This document shows, one piece after another, positions 60,401 to 64,000 of a stretch of 64,000 nucleotides of DNA (position 1 is its first letter; each line of letters opens with the position of its first letter). Under the pieces are notes generated by a model that was not told where the DNA came from, made no database searches, and worked only from the letters and a program-made list of their open reading frames with translations. Source of the DNA: Narcine bancroftii (Eukaryota); the NCBI RefSeq assembly GCF_036971445.1, contig NC_091470.1, positions 71,486,001 to 71,550,000 on the forward strand. Direction: 5' to 3'. The position numbers were made by a program, and so were the translations under genes.

Positions 60401-62962
60401 AACAGGGAGGAGTGTATGTCCAGCACCACCTTCCTCACCACTGGCCACCCCAGACCCGTCTGACCTTCAAACGGTCCTGCCCTGCAATGGTCCCAGTGAC
60501 AAAGGTGACCGTTGGACTGCTTGAACTTGTAAATACCCTAGAACACCCACCCCCCGACTCTTTTAAGAAGGGGGTGAATGTGGTGATACAATCACTACAA
60601 AAGCCACAATCCTACCAGCCTGGGTTGCATCATAAAACATGGTCCCATTGGTCCCATCCCCGAATGCATGCATCCTCTAATGGAACTGCCCCTCTCTCAT
60701 ACTCTCAAGGCAGGTGCCTAGAGCTTTTTTCGTATTACTCCTAGTGGGTCCCCACTTCTCCAACAAGGTCCATCCACTGGCCAGTCCACCACCTTTCCCC
60801 TCCCCGCAGAGGCACAAGTGGCCTTCTCCCACATCAGACAAGATATCGCCATTGCCACGATGCATGCTTTGGATGAGACCACCCGATTCCAGGTGGATTG
60901 TGATGCCTCTGCCACCTTTAATCAAGGGGGCAGACCCTGGTCTTTTTCTCCAGGACCCTTCACAGTTCAGAGCTCATGCACTCTGCCATCGAAAAGGAGG
61001 CCCAGGCGATTGTGGAAGCAGTCTGCCACTGGTGCCACTACCTGGCAGGCAGGAGGTTTACCCTTCTCACTGACCAGCGAACAGTGGCATTCATGTTCAG
61101 CACCACCCACAGAGGCAAGATCAAAAATGACAAGATCTTACGCTGGAGAGTCGAGCTGGTCACCTTCAGCTATAGTATCCAGTATAAGCCAGAGGAACTC
61201 AATGACTCCCCCGATGCCCTGTCATGGACCTGCGCCAGTGCGCAGTCCGAGCAACTGCATGACACCATCTGCCACACAGGTGTCATGTGCCTGTACCACT
61301 TCATTAAGTCCTGAAACCTCCCCTTCACCGTCCAAGAAGTCCAGACCTGCAGGGTCTATGCAGAGTGCAAAACACGCTTCTTCCGCCCACCACATACCAA
61401 CATGGTGAAGTCCACTCAGTCCTTCAAGGGACCACTGCCTTCCACAAAAAAGAATGAATATCCCCATTTTCCCTTCACCATCTCTTGCCTTGACACCTCC
61501 ACTGGCTCCGTTATCAAGGCACTGGCGCAGATCTTCACCATGTTTGGATACCTGGCATTCAACCATAGCAACCGGGGGTCCAGTTTCATGAGTGAGGAGC
61601 TACACCAGTACCTGGCAGTGTGAGACATTGCTTCTAGTCGTATGAATAGTTACAGCCCCAGGGGCAACGGGCAGGTTGAACGCAAAAATGGGGTAATCTG
61701 GAAGACACTCCTCTTGGCCCTGAGGTCGAACGGATGGTCCATCAACTGTTGGTAAGAGGCCCTCCCCTAGGTGCTTCACACCAAACAGTTGTTCTTGTGC
61801 ACACTACCAATCAGACCCCTCACAAATGCCTTTTCTCTTTTCCTAGGAAATCAGCAACTGGCATCTCTCTGCCAGCGTGGCTGGTGTCTTCAGGACCGAT
61901 GCTCCTCTGTAAACACGTGAGGACCCACCAGTCCAACCCCCTGATTGAGCAGGTGCACCTCCTCCATGCAAACCCAAACTACGCTACACAAGGTACCCCA
62001 ATGGACGGGAGGACACTGCCTCGACCAGGGATCTGGCATCAGCAGTGACCCAGCCCCCTCCTACCTCGGCCACCCCTGACCCATCCAGGACCTCCCCCCC
62101 CCACCCGGGATGGTGTCTACCTACTGCCTCTCCACAGGTCCCCACCCACCGCAGATCTGCCTTGCACCTACACCCCCACTCCGTCAGGCACCATCCTGGT
62201 TACACCACTGGCCGCCCTGACCACCCTGGACTCGTCTGACCTTCAAGCAGCCATTGACCAGGAGCCTGCCCTGCAACGGTCCCAGTGACAAAGGCAACCA
62301 TCGGACTGCTTGAACTTGTAAATACCCTAGATCACCCCCACTCCCCCACCAGACTCTTTTAAGAAGGGGATGAATGTAGTGATACAACCATTATTATAGC
62401 CACACTCCTACCGGCCTACTGCAGGGGGAAACCACTATACCTGTAGGTAGGCAACCTGGGATGCTTGCCCCACCATGCTGGCTGTCAATCACTGGCCCAT
62501 ATAAAGACTCAAGCCGGCCCCTTCCTAAATCAGTCGGTCACGTGGAACCAGAGACTGCAGAGGCCTGGTGTTCAACTTTAAGCTGATTAAAGCCTATAGT
62601 ACAATCTTCTTGAATTTTGTGTTTGTTTGCTGCACCACAGCACATCACAGACGAGCACTCAACGGCCCAAGGTCAGCTTCTTCCCCACTGCTGTCAGATT
62701 CCTGAATGATCCATGAACCACACACACTGCATTAAACCAAAGACACAGCCTTATGTTATATACACTATTATTTTTATTTTTATAGTTCTTTGGCTTGGCT
62801 TCGCGGACGAAGATTTATGGAGGGGGTAAAAGTCCACGTCAGCTGCAGGCTTGTTTGTGGCTGACAAGTCCGATGCGGGACAGGCAGACACGGTTGTAAG
62901 ATGTTTGCTCTATGATGCTGCCACAAAACACTGAATTTCATGATAATAAATTCTGATTCTGT
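57495..62962 (+). mobile_element. Rex1/Babar 3' fragment (57495-57952 and 62650-62962) hosting a Gypsy element and an RTE stub (about 62786-62896, minus)
   Basis: VERVKNFKFLGVNISEDLSW; RYRSLK|TSTQRPKVSFFPTAVR continues across the insertion; gattctgattct-type tail. Confidence 0.8.
57953..62649 (+). mobile_element. Full-length decayed Ty3/Gypsy LTR retrotransposon with a non-tRNA PBS
   Basis: 5'LTR 57953-58174 and 3'LTR 62375-62649 (TG..CA); PPT 62361-62374; degenerate 5-bp TSD GGTGA/GACGA; gag ATG at 58203 (QQPGE motif); protease CLFDSG; RT IDLKSAYH and YLDNVTI; RNase H HSAIEKEAQAIVEAV; integrase FKGPLPS, HSNRGSSFMS and PRGNGQVER. Confidence 0.92.
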
Positions 62963-63072
62963 ATAGAGATCTTAATGGAAGATTAACAATAATATGACAA
63001 CATTTTATATGTGTCTGAAAATTCAATCTAAAACTTCTGTCTTCAATCTAAAATGGGTGGGGGGGGGGGGTG

Positions 63073-63400
63073 GAAATGGTGGGGCTGCCGGAGCTGCTTT
63101 AACAGCAGCATTGCCACTGGTGTGGACCCAGGAGAGTGGGGAGTGGAAACGCAGCACTGCTCCGCAGGGTTTTACTGCCCAGTCCTAATGTTGATAGCTC
63201 TGTACAGGCTTTAAACGGCCTGTTAAAGGATCTGGTGGTGCCTTTTTTATCTAATTTTTGCAACTACAGGCTCCGTGCCCTATCACAGATGGTGACGCCT
63301 AAGGTGGGCGCCGTACCGTAAGGGGTTACAAATTTCGGGTGAGCAGCAGACTAGTGCAGGGCACCAGAAATGGGAAGAACACCCAGTTGAGGAGAATCAC
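63073..63400 (+). repeat. 5' part of the unclassified AAATGG-initiated repeat family
   Basis: Reverse-complement similarity to 28100-28221. Confidence 0.45.
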
Positions 63401-63474
63401 AGGAGGTGATCCTAGTCACGCCCATAATGTCCTCTTGATTGGCATGGACAAGTTGGACTGAAGGTCCTCCATAT

Positions 63475-63640
63475 AAAAACACAGGAACACTGGAGAAACT
63501 CAACAGGTCTCGCAGATCTGGCCTGAAATGTCTGTAATATGTCTTTACCTCCTATGGATGCTGTGAGACCTGCTGAGTTCCTCCAGCATTTCTGTGTCTT
63601 TACAGCAACCACAGCATCTGCAGACTTTTGTGTTTCATTC
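63475..63640. mobile_element. Palindromic Penelope-pLTR-derived mini-element
   Basis: Inverted arms of about 41 bp (63475-63515 and 63561-63601) built from the gacctgctgagttcctccagca motif. Confidence 0.6.
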
Positions 63641-64000
63641 TAATTGACTCCATGCCTCTAAATCAGCAGTTTTTAATTGCAGCTATATTCCACAAGGTGG
63701 TGATAGGTAACCACAGAAAAATGCAGAATGTTCGCCAAAGCTCAGCAATCTGGTTGTGAAGACTTCACAAAGCTGCTTTCATTTCTGTTGGGTAAACCCG
63801 AAACTAAATCTCAGTGAATGGAACTTCCTGCCCCTAAACCCTTAGCTCCGAGGGAAAGAACAACACTTAATAAATCAGTGCATTGCAAAAGACTATACTC
63901 TTTCAATGTGTTTACTTCATGGTTGGAAATTAGAGGAAATCACTACAGCCTGGGGCTAGTGGGCTGTTTGGATGAGCTGTACCATGTAGCTGTCCTTGAA

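Noticed and set aside
56900-64000. A divergent EMC4 gene, expected from human synteny
   Set aside because: I found no EMC4-like exon in this interval, which is mostly TE. The gene may lie beyond the window.

Overview
Vertebrate genomic DNA, most likely a cartilaginous fish (shark or ray; inferred from V-SINE/HE1-like SINEs and the CR1, Rex1/Babar and Penelope repertoire). There are two complete protein-coding genes on the minus strand, in the same order as in human: KATNBL1 (putative non-coding exon 1 in a CpG island near 56.6-56.9 kb, 9 coding exons 51325->28951, 310 aa) and EMC7 (5 exons 24799->12240, 232 aa). All coding exons were resolved to GT-AG boundaries with consistent phase. Most of the rest is transposable elements: a young 5'-truncated L1, a young RTE family (5 copies), CR1, Rex1/Babar and Penelope remnants, Tc1/Tigger/hAT elements, a solo LTR and three decayed Gypsy elements. 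The most notable observation is the Gypsy element at 57953-62649, which has no tRNA primer-binding site. Instead it carries a perfect 15-nt (17/18-nt) complement of its own LTR poly(A)-signal region, suggesting self-priming and/or poly(A)-site occlusion. Other oddities: an internal RTE fragment with its own TSD, a head-to-head CR1 plus Rex1/CR1 chimera at a TATA target, a hAT element whose arms are themselves MITEs, and degenerate hammerhead-like cores in Penelope tails. Family names come from recalled motifs, not database searches, and TE remnant boundaries are approximate.
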